From an uncultured cyanobacterium (lineage in GTDB: Bacteria > Cyanobacteriota > Cyanobacteriia > Cyanobacteriales > CAWUOF01): DNA of 64,000 nt. The stretch is from the NCBI GenBank assembly GCA_963744145.1, contig CAVUSO010000001.1:1440001-1504000 (forward strand). Reading direction: 5' to 3'. The position numbers were made by a program, and so were the translations under genes. The notes beneath the pieces are model-generated. The model saw only the letters and a program-made list of their open reading frames with translations, made no database searches and had not been told where the DNA came from. This document shows positions 1-9,942 of this stretch, piece by piece. The stretch's first letter is position 1. Each line of letters begins with the position of its first letter.

Positions 1-1377
1 AACTGGGTATCCAGCTACAATTACTGCCAATCGATGCCGATCGTCTTCCATCCGTTTCAGCAAGGTATTTATTGCTTCTTGCCCAAAATCATTTCCTCCA
101 CCCTGATTCAATGTATAAGCTTCGTCAATAAATAACACACCGTCAAGGGCTTCATCGATAATTTCATTGGTACGAATAGCTGTTTGTCCTATATATCCTG
201 CTACTAAATCTCGCCCTCCTACTTCTCGCACATGACCCCGCTTTAACAGTCCCAAATCACGATATATTTCGCCAATTAATCTGGCAACTGTAGTTTTTCC
301 GGTGCCAGGATTGCCTTTAAAAATATAATGTAGCCGAGCCGGGTCGGTGCTAATTCCTTGTTGTACCCGTTTTTGCTCAACTTCAAGGATTTGCATTCGT
401 CGTCGAATGGTATCTTTTACTGATGTCAGACCAATCATTTGCTGTAATCGTTCTTGTGCGGGTTCTGTACTCATATCTCCTGAGAGCCAATTTAGCCGAC
501 GTGCTTCCGTTAGGGATATTTGACGAGCAGCTTGAAAGCGATCGCACCAATGTTTTAGAGAGTGGTTTTCTGCGGCGATCCAAACAGATAATTTTTCTGC
601 TGTTATCCAATCTACTATCTTCTGGTGTTTGAGTCGGAAATAATCATTTAAAGCTCTAATTTCGCTTGGATCTGGAGAAGTTAGGCGAACCAAATTAAAC
701 CCACGATTTGCTAATAGATTGCGGTTAGTGATCAGGTTTGCTAAAAATGTAAATCCTATGCGATCGCAAAAGTTTTTCAATTCGGTGCGATTTTCATGGT
801 GAAAAATTAAAATACAAAGGTTATTATTATGAGGAGGTAAGCGCGACCAATCTACGACCCGACCAAATAATTCGCGTCGGTTGTTGAAATGCTCTAAGTC
901 TTCAGCGTGAGAAAAGATAATGGCAGATTTTTGAGATTTGTCCTCCATGACGGTTTGAAAAATCGGCAAGATGTTAATATCCTGTAACCGTCTGGTTGGG
1001 AAATTTGGTGATGTGGGTGTTGGTAATGGTGGATCATTTGTTTGGGTTGATCGTCTACCAAGCAATCCGCGCTTAGATCCCAATGGACCAGGTGTTACCC
1101 GCATTTGGGCTGAGGATACGGAATTGAGGGGAGTTTGAGGTTGGAGACGACAGCGATCGCGCGATCGTTGATCGAGAAAATATAGCTTTTGAACACCTGA
1201 ATAAAATAGTATCCGCTCATAACCTTGAGAACGAAGATATTCGTGCAACACTTCCTCGATATTTAGCAGCAATAAATCTGGAGTGCAAAAAGTATCGCTG
1301 GTGTTCACTCCATAGAAAATCAGGAAGCGATCGCCTGATTGTAAATTTAATTCTGATGTAACTCTGGCAACTGACAT
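1..1377 (-). CDS. SpoVK/CbbX/EccA-type AAA+ ATPase with long N-terminal domain (3' end beyond window edge)
   Basis: Absent from the ORF track. Manual translation from ATG at 1377 stays open to base 1: [13 protein letters not shown]...MIGLTSVKD...[20 protein letters not shown] (Walker A)...[10 protein letters not shown]...GVLFIDEAY (Walker B)...VIVAGYP. Confidence 0.9.
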   Translation of the reverse strand, partial: MSVARVTSELNLQSGDRFLIFYGVNTSDTFCTPDLLLLNIEEVLHEYLRSQGYERILFYSGVQKLYFLDQRSRDRCRLQPQTPLNSVSSAQMRVTPGPLGSKRGLLGRRSTQTNDPPLPTPTSPNFPTRRLQDINILPIFQTVMEDKSQKSAIIFSHAEDLEHFNNRRELFGRVVDWSRLPPHNNNLCILIFHHENRTELKNFCDRIGFTFLANLITNRNLLANRGFNLVRLTSPDPSEIRALNDYFRLKHQKIVDWITAEKLSVWIAAENHSLKHWCDRFQAARQISLTEARRLNWLSGDMSTEPAQERLQQMIGLTSVKDTIRRRMQILEVEQKRVQQGISTDPARLHYIFKGNPGTGKTTVARLIGEIYRDLGLLKRGHVREVGGRDLVAGYIGQTAIRTNEIIDEALDGVLFIDEAYTLNQGGGNDFGQEAINTLLKRMEDDRHRLAVIVAGYPV

Positions 1378-1434
1378 TTTAGTTTTTACCTGATTGGTAA
1401 GGAATAAAAAATAAATAACTTGATGATTTAGTTC

Positions 1435-1468
1435 GTAGTAAGCGCTTTAGCGCTAAAGCGCTTACTAC
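1435..1468. repeat. Perfect 34-bp palindrome, GTAG-type REP-like
   Basis: GTAGTAAGCGCTTTAGCGCTAAAGCGCTTACTAC equals its own reverse complement. Confidence 0.85.
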
Positions 1469-1554
1469 AAACCTTAAGATTTTCCCATCTGTTAATTTTA
1501 CCAAGTTATCTATCAAGCCAATCTACCTGTCTGATCTAGCATAATTTTATAAGA

Positions 1555-3960
1555 TTATAGCAAACTTCTAATCTCGATTAATTTATCTAGATATTGCTGA
1601 AGATCAATTTTATCTTTTTCTAATCTCTGTCGAATTTCAATAGTTTCTACTTCTCTTGTTTCTCGTTCTTTCAACAATTGATCAAACTTGGTTTGAAAAT
1701 TATTAATGTAATTATTAATTTGGTCTTCAGCATTTTTAAAATCTTCTGACATTTGTTTTTCAATGACATTTTTTAACAAAACTTTAATTTGCGCTACTTG
1801 GGGATCTATTTTTGACGTTATTTCTTGTTTTATTCTGTTCAAATCAATCTCATAATAGTCAACGGTTTCTTCATAATGAACCTCGACTTCAGTCAATATA
1901 TCATCATTACAGCAACGCTTTTCACGGTTGAATTCTTTGCGCGTTCTCCAGAAAACTTCCTGCTGTTTTAAAACTTGGGCATCGATCCCCGTAAATTGAA
2001 ATCTGGGAAATTGGATTTGACTATTATTCAGTTCTATTCGTAGACTTTGTCCTAAATAGTTAGAAAGCTCTTTGGAAATAGATTGGGTAGTCTGCTGAAT
2101 TTCTTGGACAAGTTTCTCTCTAATTTCTGTTCCATCTCGGACAAGCTTATCTTGGGTATCTAACCACCAGGTCTGAATCACAGGAGCGCAGTATTTATTT
2201 ATTGTATCTACAATTTTATCAGCATCATCGCGGTTATTAACTCTAATTTTGTAAGGATCTGAACTACGATTTCCAGTAAAATCATCAAAGATTTTTTTTA
2301 AATGATCTAATAAGCTATCTGACGATGAATCAGGATTTTGCTTATTCTCACTATTGGCAACCCGGTCGATCTCTATACCAATATTCTTTTTAGCTTCTTG
2401 AGCAAATTGCTTAATTCCGCGATTAAATCCATCAATTAGGTTACCTTTTTCCTTTTTAAGAGACTTGTTTATGTTTTCTACTTCTTTTTTGGCGATATCA
2501 GCGCGTTTCCTATATCCCTGTACTGTACTTTTGAGAGTTTCAAGTTCCGTTTCCCATCCTCGGATTTCTGTATTTAACATATCCTCTATAGATTGGGCGC
2601 TTTTCTCTATTTTTGCCAATACATCATTTAGCAGATTCCAACCGGAGTTCTGAACTACTTTTTGAATCACTGAATTTTCGATCTTGGGAATACCACTTTC
2701 TGGTAAAGCTTGTTCAGCAGCTTCAGCATCTTCCAACAAGATTCTCTTCCCATTTGGATCTGTTATAATCAGATAACGTCCAAAGTTATTTTGAAAATCC
2801 TCTTTATCTTGCTGAATTGCTGTTTGATTAAGAATTAATTTAGATAACAATCCTTGTAAAGCACTAACAGGATAAATATTTGGGTTGGGAATACCAAAAT
2901 CAATCAAAATTTTTCTTAAATCATTAATAACATCGTCAATAGCTCGATCACGAACTTGCTTTCTATCAATTTTATTCAGAATAAAAAAGATTTTACCCTG
3001 GTCACTAATCAAAGAATCTTTTCGTTCCTTTAAGATTTTAATCAATTCGGAATTAGTCTGATCTTTAAAAGAAGAATAATCTAATATAAATAAAATAACA
3101 TCACAAGTTCGCAGCGATTCCAAGGCAGTTTTCTTCAAGATAGTGGTATCAAAATTAGCAGATTGCCATTCATTAGGTCCAGGAGTATCTACCAAAGTAA
3201 ACCCTGTCAAGGAAGAAAAATTACTGATTGCTTCAATCGGATATTGAAGTTCAAATCTAGTGGTGCGATCGCGATTGTTGGTGGCTCGTATTTCGTGGGT
3301 ACGTTCTAAAAATTTCTGCTTAATTATCTGGGCATTTCCCTCCACAAGTACCGAAGGTTTTTTATGCGCTTCTCGATATTCCAGCAGTTTGGGAGTTGCT
3401 GAAGTAGCGATCGGACGAATATCGGTGCGACAGACAGTACAAGCTTCAGATTCACTAGCTAGTACATCAGCACCTATGATCGCATTGAGAAAGGTACTTT
3501 TACCTGCTTTCATTGCTGCAATCACAGCCACTTGATATTTTTGCTCTTTCAAAGCTGTTAAAGCTTGAGTTAAATCTTCTTCAATACTTTGGAATTCCTT
3601 AGTTTTATTTCCCTCCTTTAATCGTCCACTTCTAAATTCTTTAATGTACTGTAAAAGACAAGTACCAGTTTCAGAAAGACGGTTATATGCTCGTTGAAAT
3701 TGTTCAGAAGGTTTTGCTGGATCAGACTGGGGAGAATTAGTCATCATATTTAACAATCGGTCTAGTTGTACTTTTTGATCTTGATACTTAAGCCAAATCT
3801 GCTTTGCCCAAAACAGTTTTGCTCGTTCCTTCTCCAAAAAAGCTTCCGGTAATTGTCCAGGAAACGTTAGGGGATAGGAAGTCAAATCCCATTCACAGAC
3901 AGAACAAAAATTGACCTGAGCTTCAATAAATTCAGTTTGACAAACTGGACAATTAGCCAC
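1555..3960 (-). CDS. Dynamin-like GTPase with N-terminal zinc ribbon and helical/coiled-coil C-terminus
   Basis: G1 AAMKAGKST, G3 DTPG, G4 NKID; N-terminal CPVC...CSVC. Start placed at GTG 3960 behind an AGTAGGT RBS-like sequence (the track starts at 4014, overlapping the upstream gene). Confidence 0.88.
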   Translation of the reverse strand: MANCPVCQTEFIEAQVNFCSVCEWDLTSYPLTFPGQLPEAFLEKERAKLFWAKQIWLKYQDQKVQLDRLLNMMTNSPQSDPAKPSEQFQRAYNRLSETGTCLLQYIKEFRSGRLKEGNKTKEFQSIEEDLTQALTALKEQKYQVAVIAAMKAGKSTFLNAIIGADVLASESEACTVCRTDIRPIATSATPKLLEYREAHKKPSVLVEGNAQIIKQKFLERTHEIRATNNRDRTTRFELQYPIEAISNFSSLTGFTLVDTPGPNEWQSANFDTTILKKTALESLRTCDVILFILDYSSFKDQTNSELIKILKERKDSLISDQGKIFFILNKIDRKQVRDRAIDDVINDLRKILIDFGIPNPNIYPVSALQGLLSKLILNQTAIQQDKEDFQNNFGRYLIITDPNGKRILLEDAEAAEQALPESGIPKIENSVIQKVVQNSGWNLLNDVLAKIEKSAQSIEDMLNTEIRGWETELETLKSTVQGYRKRADIAKKEVENINKSLKKEKGNLIDGFNRGIKQFAQEAKKNIGIEIDRVANSENKQNPDSSSDSLLDHLKKIFDDFTGNRSSDPYKIRVNNRDDADKIVDTINKYCAPVIQTWWLDTQDKLVRDGTEIREKLVQEIQQTTQSISKELSNYLGQSLRIELNNSQIQFPRFQFTGIDAQVLKQQEVFWRTRKEFNREKRCCNDDILTEVEVHYEETVDYYEIDLNRIKQEITSKIDPQVAQIKVLLKNVIEKQMSEDFKNAEDQINNYINNFQTKFDQLLKERETREVETIEIRQRLEKDKIDLQQYLDKLIEIRSLL

Positions 3961-3994
3961 ACCTACTCTCACTAAGAAATTAGTTGACAATCTT

Positions 3995-5500
3995 TTAAGA
4001 AGATATCTTACCAAATTGTTCCGGTTTAACCTGCCGTCCTTTCACTTTCTCTATATTCTGATATTCCTGTCTTGCCTGTGGATTACATTCTAGCGGTCTA
4101 CCCTGTACCCCTTCTTCCTTCAAAGCATCAAAAATAGCGTCAGCATTGTCTTTTGTAGCTTTCTCATCTACTATAGTTTGACTAAATGTGTTAATCGAAA
4201 CCGAGTTGGCTCCAAATTCTTTCTCTGGACTAATTATGGTGACCACTTCATCACCAGCTATATTTTTTACCTTGACTACATAAGCATTTCTTTGGTCATC
4301 ACCTTCATAAACAGCGTCAGATTCTCTATTCTCAAGATTGTATCCCAATGACTCAAGCGTTTCTACAATTCTGTCGGCAATTTCCACCCGCAATTGCGAG
4401 CCTAATATTGTTAGTTTTGCCTGTTCGACAATTTCTCCTAGTTTTGGTTGTAAAGCAGTTATTTTTTCTCCTAACTCCTTCAGTTGTTCAATGGTAAGCG
4501 TCGATTCACCAGTTTTTAATTGCGATTCCAACTGCTGCAATTGTTCTGCATACTGGCTCAAGCGACCATTAACCCAGTAATCTACTTCCAATTGAAATTT
4601 CTCAGCCTCATTACCCTGACCAACTTCAATTTCGCATTGTCGATTAGCTTGTACTTCAGTAATTAAAGTTTTTAAATCCTCCAATGCAGCACTATAAAGT
4701 AACAACCATTCTTGCTCTTTTTGTTCCAATTCCAACCGTAAATCTGCCAAATCTAAATAAGTTTGTTGAGTTGTGGCGATCGCTGCTTCAGTGACACCAG
4801 CTTGGATATTAGTTCGAGCTATTTCCAATCCCCTACGCAAATCTGCCAAACGTCCAGGAGCAAATCGCTCATGTTGGTAATCCCGATTAATTTGTGACCA
4901 AACTGTTTCTACATCTGCAAGTAACTCTTTAGCTATCTGTGCTTTTCGCTGTTTTTCCTGTACAAGGTCTGTCACCACCTGATCAATCTGCTGCTGAAGA
5001 ATTTGTTGTCCCTGTTCTCTTGCTTGCCGTTCCTCTCCAATCAACTGAGTAAATTTTTGGTCTTGTTGTTTAATTAATCGGGTATATTCCTGCCGTTGTT
5101 CAGAGGTAATTCGCAAATATTCACTACGTTGCTGCTCAAACCCTTGACGCATAGCCGATTCTAAACGATTTGTCTCTCGCTCTAACGCCTGTTGTTGACG
5201 ATACTCGGTCTCACGTACTGCTGTTTGAAATTCTTCTCGTTGTTTCTGCAAACGCTTTTGGGTGTTTTTTTCTGTATCGGCTAGACTGCTTCTGAGTTTC
5301 TGTGTTTCTTGTTCCTGCTGTCGAGCGCGTTGTTCTAAAGGTGCTAAACGTTGCTGAAACTCTTGCCGTGCTTGCTCTCTAACTGCATTCAACCGCTCTG
5401 GTAAATCCTGTTGTACAGACCGTAATCGGCTCTCCTGTTCCCGGAGTCGTCGCAACTCTTGGTCTTCAACCTGGACATACCGTCGTTTTTCGCCACTCAT
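3995..5500 (-). CDS. Uncharacterised coiled-coil protein with small alpha/beta C-terminal domain
   Basis: 501-aa ORF; Q/E/R-rich heptad pattern over most of its length; co-oriented directly upstream of the dynamin gene. Confidence 0.8.
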   Translation of the reverse strand: MSGEKRRYVQVEDQELRRLREQESRLRSVQQDLPERLNAVREQARQEFQQRLAPLEQRARQQEQETQKLRSSLADTEKNTQKRLQKQREEFQTAVRETEYRQQQALERETNRLESAMRQGFEQQRSEYLRITSEQRQEYTRLIKQQDQKFTQLIGEERQAREQGQQILQQQIDQVVTDLVQEKQRKAQIAKELLADVETVWSQINRDYQHERFAPGRLADLRRGLEIARTNIQAGVTEAAIATTQQTYLDLADLRLELEQKEQEWLLLYSAALEDLKTLITEVQANRQCEIEVGQGNEAEKFQLEVDYWVNGRLSQYAEQLQQLESQLKTGESTLTIEQLKELGEKITALQPKLGEIVEQAKLTILGSQLRVEIADRIVETLESLGYNLENRESDAVYEGDDQRNAYVVKVKNIAGDEVVTIISPEKEFGANSVSINTFSQTIVDEKATKDNADAIFDALKEEGVQGRPLECNPQARQEYQNIEKVKGRQVKPEQFGKISS

Positions 5501-5796
5501 GTTTTTTCTCCGGATCGTTACAGGTTAGTCTGTTGATTTCTCGAAAATAGTTTTTTAGATGGCAGAATTGGCCCTACTATTGCCCACTAACTGTCCCAGT
5601 CTAAACATGGGACAAATAAGTTAATAATTTCTAATAACTTATCGGGATGTCAACTCTAATTTTACGCAAATCCGACCTATTGGTAATAAAACTTAATAAA
5701 TTAATACCTAGAGCGCCAGTCTAGTAGAAAGTATTGACAAAAAAAAAGAAGCCGCAGAAGGGTGAAGCATATTTAGCGACAATTGAACAATCAAAC

Positions 5797-5919
5797 TAGA
5801 CCTCTTGCAAAAGTCATGGTGATCAATTTATTGGACAGGCAAGATGCCTGTCCCACAACGAAAAAGACTATTGTAGGACAGGCATCTTGCCTGTCCTAGT
5901 TATTTTTGCAAGAAGTCTA
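5797..5919. mobile_element. MITE-like element containing inverted REP hairpins
   Basis: TIRs TAGACCTCTTGCAAAA / TTTTGCAAGAAGTCTA (1 mismatch); internal GGACAGGCAAGATGCCTGTCC and its reverse complement. Confidence 0.75.
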
Positions 5920-5972
5920 CTTAGTGTAGTGGTCAATTAGCTTAATGCTTTACAGAACAAGGTTTTTCAAGG

Positions 5973-6449
5973 TTACAGGTTACATTTTTCAAGACGTGCA
6001 AAAAGATGTTCAGACCATACTCTACTACATATCCGACTAGGAAAATCTGGACATACTGCCCAAGGGAAATGACCATTGAAAAGATATTGCCCTGGAGCAG
6101 GTAAAACTATTGCCCGATCTTCCTCCCACCAACCAATGCGATCGCCAAAAATATTCCAGACTTTTTCATAGTCCTGTTTAAACTTTTCCCTCAGACTTCT
6201 ATTAAGATAATCATATATTTCTTTCTGGATAGAAAAGCCAAACCGATCATGACTAGCTGTTACCCAAAGTTGGTCAATTTTCAGAAGGTCTTCGCAGGGA
6301 AAATTCTGAATATCTGCGACGCTTAGATGATGATTTGTTTCCATTACTTCTAACATTTTTTGAGCTGTTTCGTTGTTAGCAGCATACCAATTCTTTGCGG
6401 CTAGTAAGCTTTCTAAATTTGTGTAATCTATATTTTTAGATGAGTGCAT
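5973..6449 (-). CDS. Stand-alone GUN4-domain protein
   Basis: DYTNLESLLAAKNWYAANNET...FPCEDLLKIDQLW...SHDRFGFSIQKEIY...FGDRIGW...GHFP pattern. Confidence 0.85.
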   Translation of the reverse strand: MHSSKNIDYTNLESLLAAKNWYAANNETAQKMLEVMETNHHLSVADIQNFPCEDLLKIDQLWVTASHDRFGFSIQKEIYDYLNRSLREKFKQDYEKVWNIFGDRIGWWEEDRAIVLPAPGQYLFNGHFPWAVCPDFPSRICSRVWSEHLFARLEKCNL

Positions 6450-6556
6450 TATTTATCTCTCCAATAATTTCTCTATTGAAAATTTAGTAAGTTCTGAAAG
6501 TTTTAATTTTAAAGCGATTCACCCATTAAAGTAAATGCTGTTATTTTTGGTTGATT

Positions 6557-7774
6557 TTAAATACTTCTCAGGGCAACAATGGGATCTAGTTTAGCAGCTT
6601 GACGTGCAGGAACAACTCCAAAAAATAAGCCAATTCCACCAGAAATTCCGACCGCGATCGCGATCGCAATGGGGGAAACTCCAGCTTTTAAAGGAGAAAA
6701 TACAGCGATCAATCCGATCCCACTAATACCACATAAAGTGCCGACTAATCCCCCAGCAGCAGATAAAATTACCGCTTCGATCATAAATTGAATCAAAATC
6801 TCTTGTTCCGATGCACCGATCGCTTTTCTTAAGCCAATTTCTTGAGTTCTTTCCGTTACAGAAACGAGCATAATATTCATAATCCCAATTCCTCCAACTA
6901 ACAGAGAAATTCCCGCAGTTGCAGCTAACATTATGGTTAATCCACCCGTAATTGTACCGACAATGTTTAAAATATCTTTCTGGGTGCTCACCGTGAAATC
7001 ATCGACGGTACTAATTTTATGTCTCAAGCGGATTAAATTAGTAATTTGAAACTCTGCTGCTTGAATACTAGCTTCATCTCGAGCTGAGATCGAAATAAAA
7101 GAAACTTGAATTCCGAATAAAGAACTTCTCCCGATTAAACGATTAGACATAGTAGAAATTGGAATATACCCAGCATCATCCTGATTATTTCCGAGGAAAG
7201 TACCTTTAGCTTTCATCAATCCAATCACTTCAAAAGATACATTTTTAATTCTCACTAACTGACCAATTGGATCTTGACCAACAAATAATTTTTCTGCTAA
7301 TTCCGGACCGAGAACTAAGACCCGATTATTACGTTTAACATCCTCATCAGTAAAAAACCTTCCCTTCGCTAAATCAAAGCTACGGACAGATAAAAAAGAT
7401 GCAGTTGTCCCGACAGTTAAGCTTTGCGAGTTCCGATTGCGGTAGGTAAATAATTGTTGATTTTGGAGTTGAGCAGCTACACTTTTGACTGAAGGTACTT
7501 GAGATGCGATCGCTTCAGCATCTTCTAAAATCAAAGTCTTCGGTAAATCAAAGCTAGTTCTTCTTGCTTCTCTAGTACCAGGAACCACAAATAATAGATT
7601 TGGTCCGAGTGATTCAAATTGTTCAGCTGCGAGTTTTTGCGCTCCTTGACCAATTCCAATCATCGCAATGACCGAAGCATTACCAATAATCATTCCTAAC
7701 ATAGTTAAACTACTCCGTAGTCGATTAGCGACTAGAGTTGTCACTGCCATTTTAATACTTTCGGTTAAATCCAT
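6557..7774 (-). CDS. ABC transporter permease, MacB/FtsX family
   Basis: RSSLTMLGMIIG, SLLVGGIGIMNIMLVSVTERTQEIGLRKAIGA, PARQAAKLDPIVALR. Confidence 0.93.
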   Translation of the reverse strand: MDLTESIKMAVTTLVANRLRSSLTMLGMIIGNASVIAMIGIGQGAQKLAAEQFESLGPNLLFVVPGTREARRTSFDLPKTLILEDAEAIASQVPSVKSVAAQLQNQQLFTYRNRNSQSLTVGTTASFLSVRSFDLAKGRFFTDEDVKRNNRVLVLGPELAEKLFVGQDPIGQLVRIKNVSFEVIGLMKAKGTFLGNNQDDAGYIPISTMSNRLIGRSSLFGIQVSFISISARDEASIQAAEFQITNLIRLRHKISTVDDFTVSTQKDILNIVGTITGGLTIMLAATAGISLLVGGIGIMNIMLVSVTERTQEIGLRKAIGASEQEILIQFMIEAVILSAAGGLVGTLCGISGIGLIAVFSPLKAGVSPIAIAIAVGISGGIGLFFGVVPARQAAKLDPIVALRSI

Positions 7775-7784
7775 ATCTACTCAA

Positions 7785-9278
7785 TTACTTTTTCTGATCT
7801 TCTGGTTGTTGATCTTTAGGTAAATCGACAAATACTCTGTCACCAGCTTGAATACCCTTGATAATCTGAATCTCGTTACCCAAACTTATCCCCGTTGTAA
7901 TTGGTCGAAATTCAGCTTGATTATTTTCATCGGGAACCAATACACCAGATTGACCATTTTTAGTGACGATCGCGACGGTGGGTATAACTAAAGCATTGTC
8001 AAGTTTTTGTCCTAAAAAAGTTAAATCTACATTCATCCCAGATAATAACTCGATCTGACCCTGAGCAAGAGCGATGCGGACTTCAAATGAAGTGACATTT
8101 TCTTGCTTAACTGCTTCCGGAGCAATTAAGCGCACATTACCTTTAAAAATGCGATCGGGATAAGCATCAGCATGAATTTCGACGGATTGTCCCAATTTAA
8201 TTTGGCTAATATCTACTTCTGGAACATCTGCTAAAATTTCTAGTTCTGTGCTAGCAAGTGTCACTATGGATGTGGAAGTTGCAGAAGAACTAGCGGAAGC
8301 GGAAGTCGTAGGAGTCACAAAAGCTCCTTCCGTCGCATATTTTTGAGTAATAATTCCAGCAAAAGGAGCTTTCACTAAAGTATCTTCCTTTTGTGCTTCT
8401 ACCGCACGTAAACGTCCCACAGCTTCTGCTACATCAGCTTGAGTTTGAGTAATCACCTCTGGTCTTGTACCGACTTGTAATAATTCTAAGGATTTTTTTG
8501 CTTCTGCTAATTCAGCTTCACCACGTTGAATTTCTTCAGGACGAGAACCATTCTGGACTTGCTCTAGTTTTTGTTTTAGTTCCCTCACTGCTGCTTTTGC
8601 TTGTTCTAAAGCAGAGGAACGACTACGCTGTTCATTTAATACACCATCAAGACTATCACTAGAAATAGCGCCTTCTGTGGCTAATTGTCGGTTACGAATT
8701 ACTCGTTGAGTTGCTAAATCTAGCCAAGATTGAGCATCTTTTACTTTTGCTTCGGCTTGGGCTAAACTAGATTTAGCTTGAGCAACTTCTTCCGGACGAC
8801 TACCTACTCTTAATAGGTCTAAACTAGCTTGAGCTTGATCTAACTTCGCTTGAGCTTGGGCAATTTCTTGGGGTCGATTACCAGCTTTAAGTTCATCTAG
8901 ATGAGCTTTAGTCCGATCTAAGTTAGCTTGAGCTTGAATTAATTGTGCATCTACATCGTCGCTATCCATGCGGGCAATTATTTGTCCTTGGGTCACGCGA
9001 TCGCCCTGTTCCACTAATAATTTAGCGACTCTACCTGATGTTTTTGGACTTAGGTTAACTGTTTGGACTGGTCTGACTGTCCCACTAGCTGTAATTCGCA
9101 CGGTGACAGTTTTTGCTTTTACTGGAACTGTCAGAGTATTAATGTCAGTTTTTGGAGCTGAATTGCGGATCACCAGATAAACTGTGATGCTAGTACCAAT
9201 TAATCCAACTCCTAATAATCCAATTAACCAGGGAGTAAATTTTCTGTCTATTTTTGTACCAAGCAGGGAGATGTGCAT
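7785..9278 (-). CDS. Efflux periplasmic adaptor subunit (HlyD/MacA family)
   Basis: N-terminal TM, lipoyl half motifs (SPKTSGRVAKLLVEQGD; KAPFAGII), long alpha-hairpin with GxRPEE repeats. Confidence 0.92.
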   Translation of the reverse strand: MHISLLGTKIDRKFTPWLIGLLGVGLIGTSITVYLVIRNSAPKTDINTLTVPVKAKTVTVRITASGTVRPVQTVNLSPKTSGRVAKLLVEQGDRVTQGQIIARMDSDDVDAQLIQAQANLDRTKAHLDELKAGNRPQEIAQAQAKLDQAQASLDLLRVGSRPEEVAQAKSSLAQAEAKVKDAQSWLDLATQRVIRNRQLATEGAISSDSLDGVLNEQRSRSSALEQAKAAVRELKQKLEQVQNGSRPEEIQRGEAELAEAKKSLELLQVGTRPEVITQTQADVAEAVGRLRAVEAQKEDTLVKAPFAGIITQKYATEGAFVTPTTSASASSSATSTSIVTLASTELEILADVPEVDISQIKLGQSVEIHADAYPDRIFKGNVRLIAPEAVKQENVTSFEVRIALAQGQIELLSGMNVDLTFLGQKLDNALVIPTVAIVTKNGQSGVLVPDENNQAEFRPITTGISLGNEIQIIKGIQAGDRVFVDLPKDQQPEDQKK

Positions 9279-9492
9279 ATAATATATGTGTTACTAAGGT
9301 TTATCAAAATCTTGTTCGTAGTAGGGACTTCAGTCCCATAATCTCCAGCATCAGACAGAAGATCCCCTGACTAAGAACAGACATTTTTAATTTTTGCTTT
9401 CTTGGTCATCACATCCAGAATTCTTGGTATCCACTACCCTAACTAGACAAACACCACCTGTTACCCGGATCAATAACTTGTCAAACTACCAA

Positions 9493-9565
9493 CGAGCATG
9501 GAGGGATTCGAACCCCCGACCCTTAGAACCGGAATCTAATGCTCTATCCACTGAGCTACATGCCC
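9493..9565 (-). tRNA. tRNA-Arg(CCG)
   Basis: Reverse complement GGGCATGTAGCTCAGTGGATAGAGCATTAGATTCCGGTTCTAAGGGTCGGGGGTTCGAATCCCTCCATGCTCG folds as a cloverleaf with anticodon CCG and T-loop TTCGAAT. Confidence 0.96.
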
Positions 9566-9942
9566 TCATATTTTTCTACTATAACACAATCGTCACAATT
9601 TGCCAAATCCAAAGCAGAAATTTTCCTGATCCATGATCTTTATTTTTAATCCCCCTTTAAAATTTGAACGCGATAGTTCTTCCTTATCAACTTCATTATA
9701 TCATAAAACCAAAGACCTGTCTAGAGGTCTCCCCCATTTAGTCAAACCCGAATGTATATTATGCTATTGAATAGGAGATGGGAGGAAAATTCGTTTGAGG
9801 CTAGATCAAGTATGATCATATATTAATCGGTGCAAATCTAATTGATCAATGCGATCGAAAATTTATCAGTAACTAATTGACAGGGGTGCAGTTATCTGCT
9901 AGGGCAATTCCAAAACGTCTAAAGTAAATTAAATTAAATTGA

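Noticed and set aside
383..632. Short ORFs 383-610 and 423-632
   Set aside because: Alternative frames within the AAA+ ATPase gene.
9493..9565. tRNA-Arg as an island integration site
   Set aside because: No duplicated tRNA 3' end or integrase seen in the window; flanking genes are ordinary.
9394..9636. 80-aa ORF
   Set aside because: Antisense overlap of the tRNA gene.
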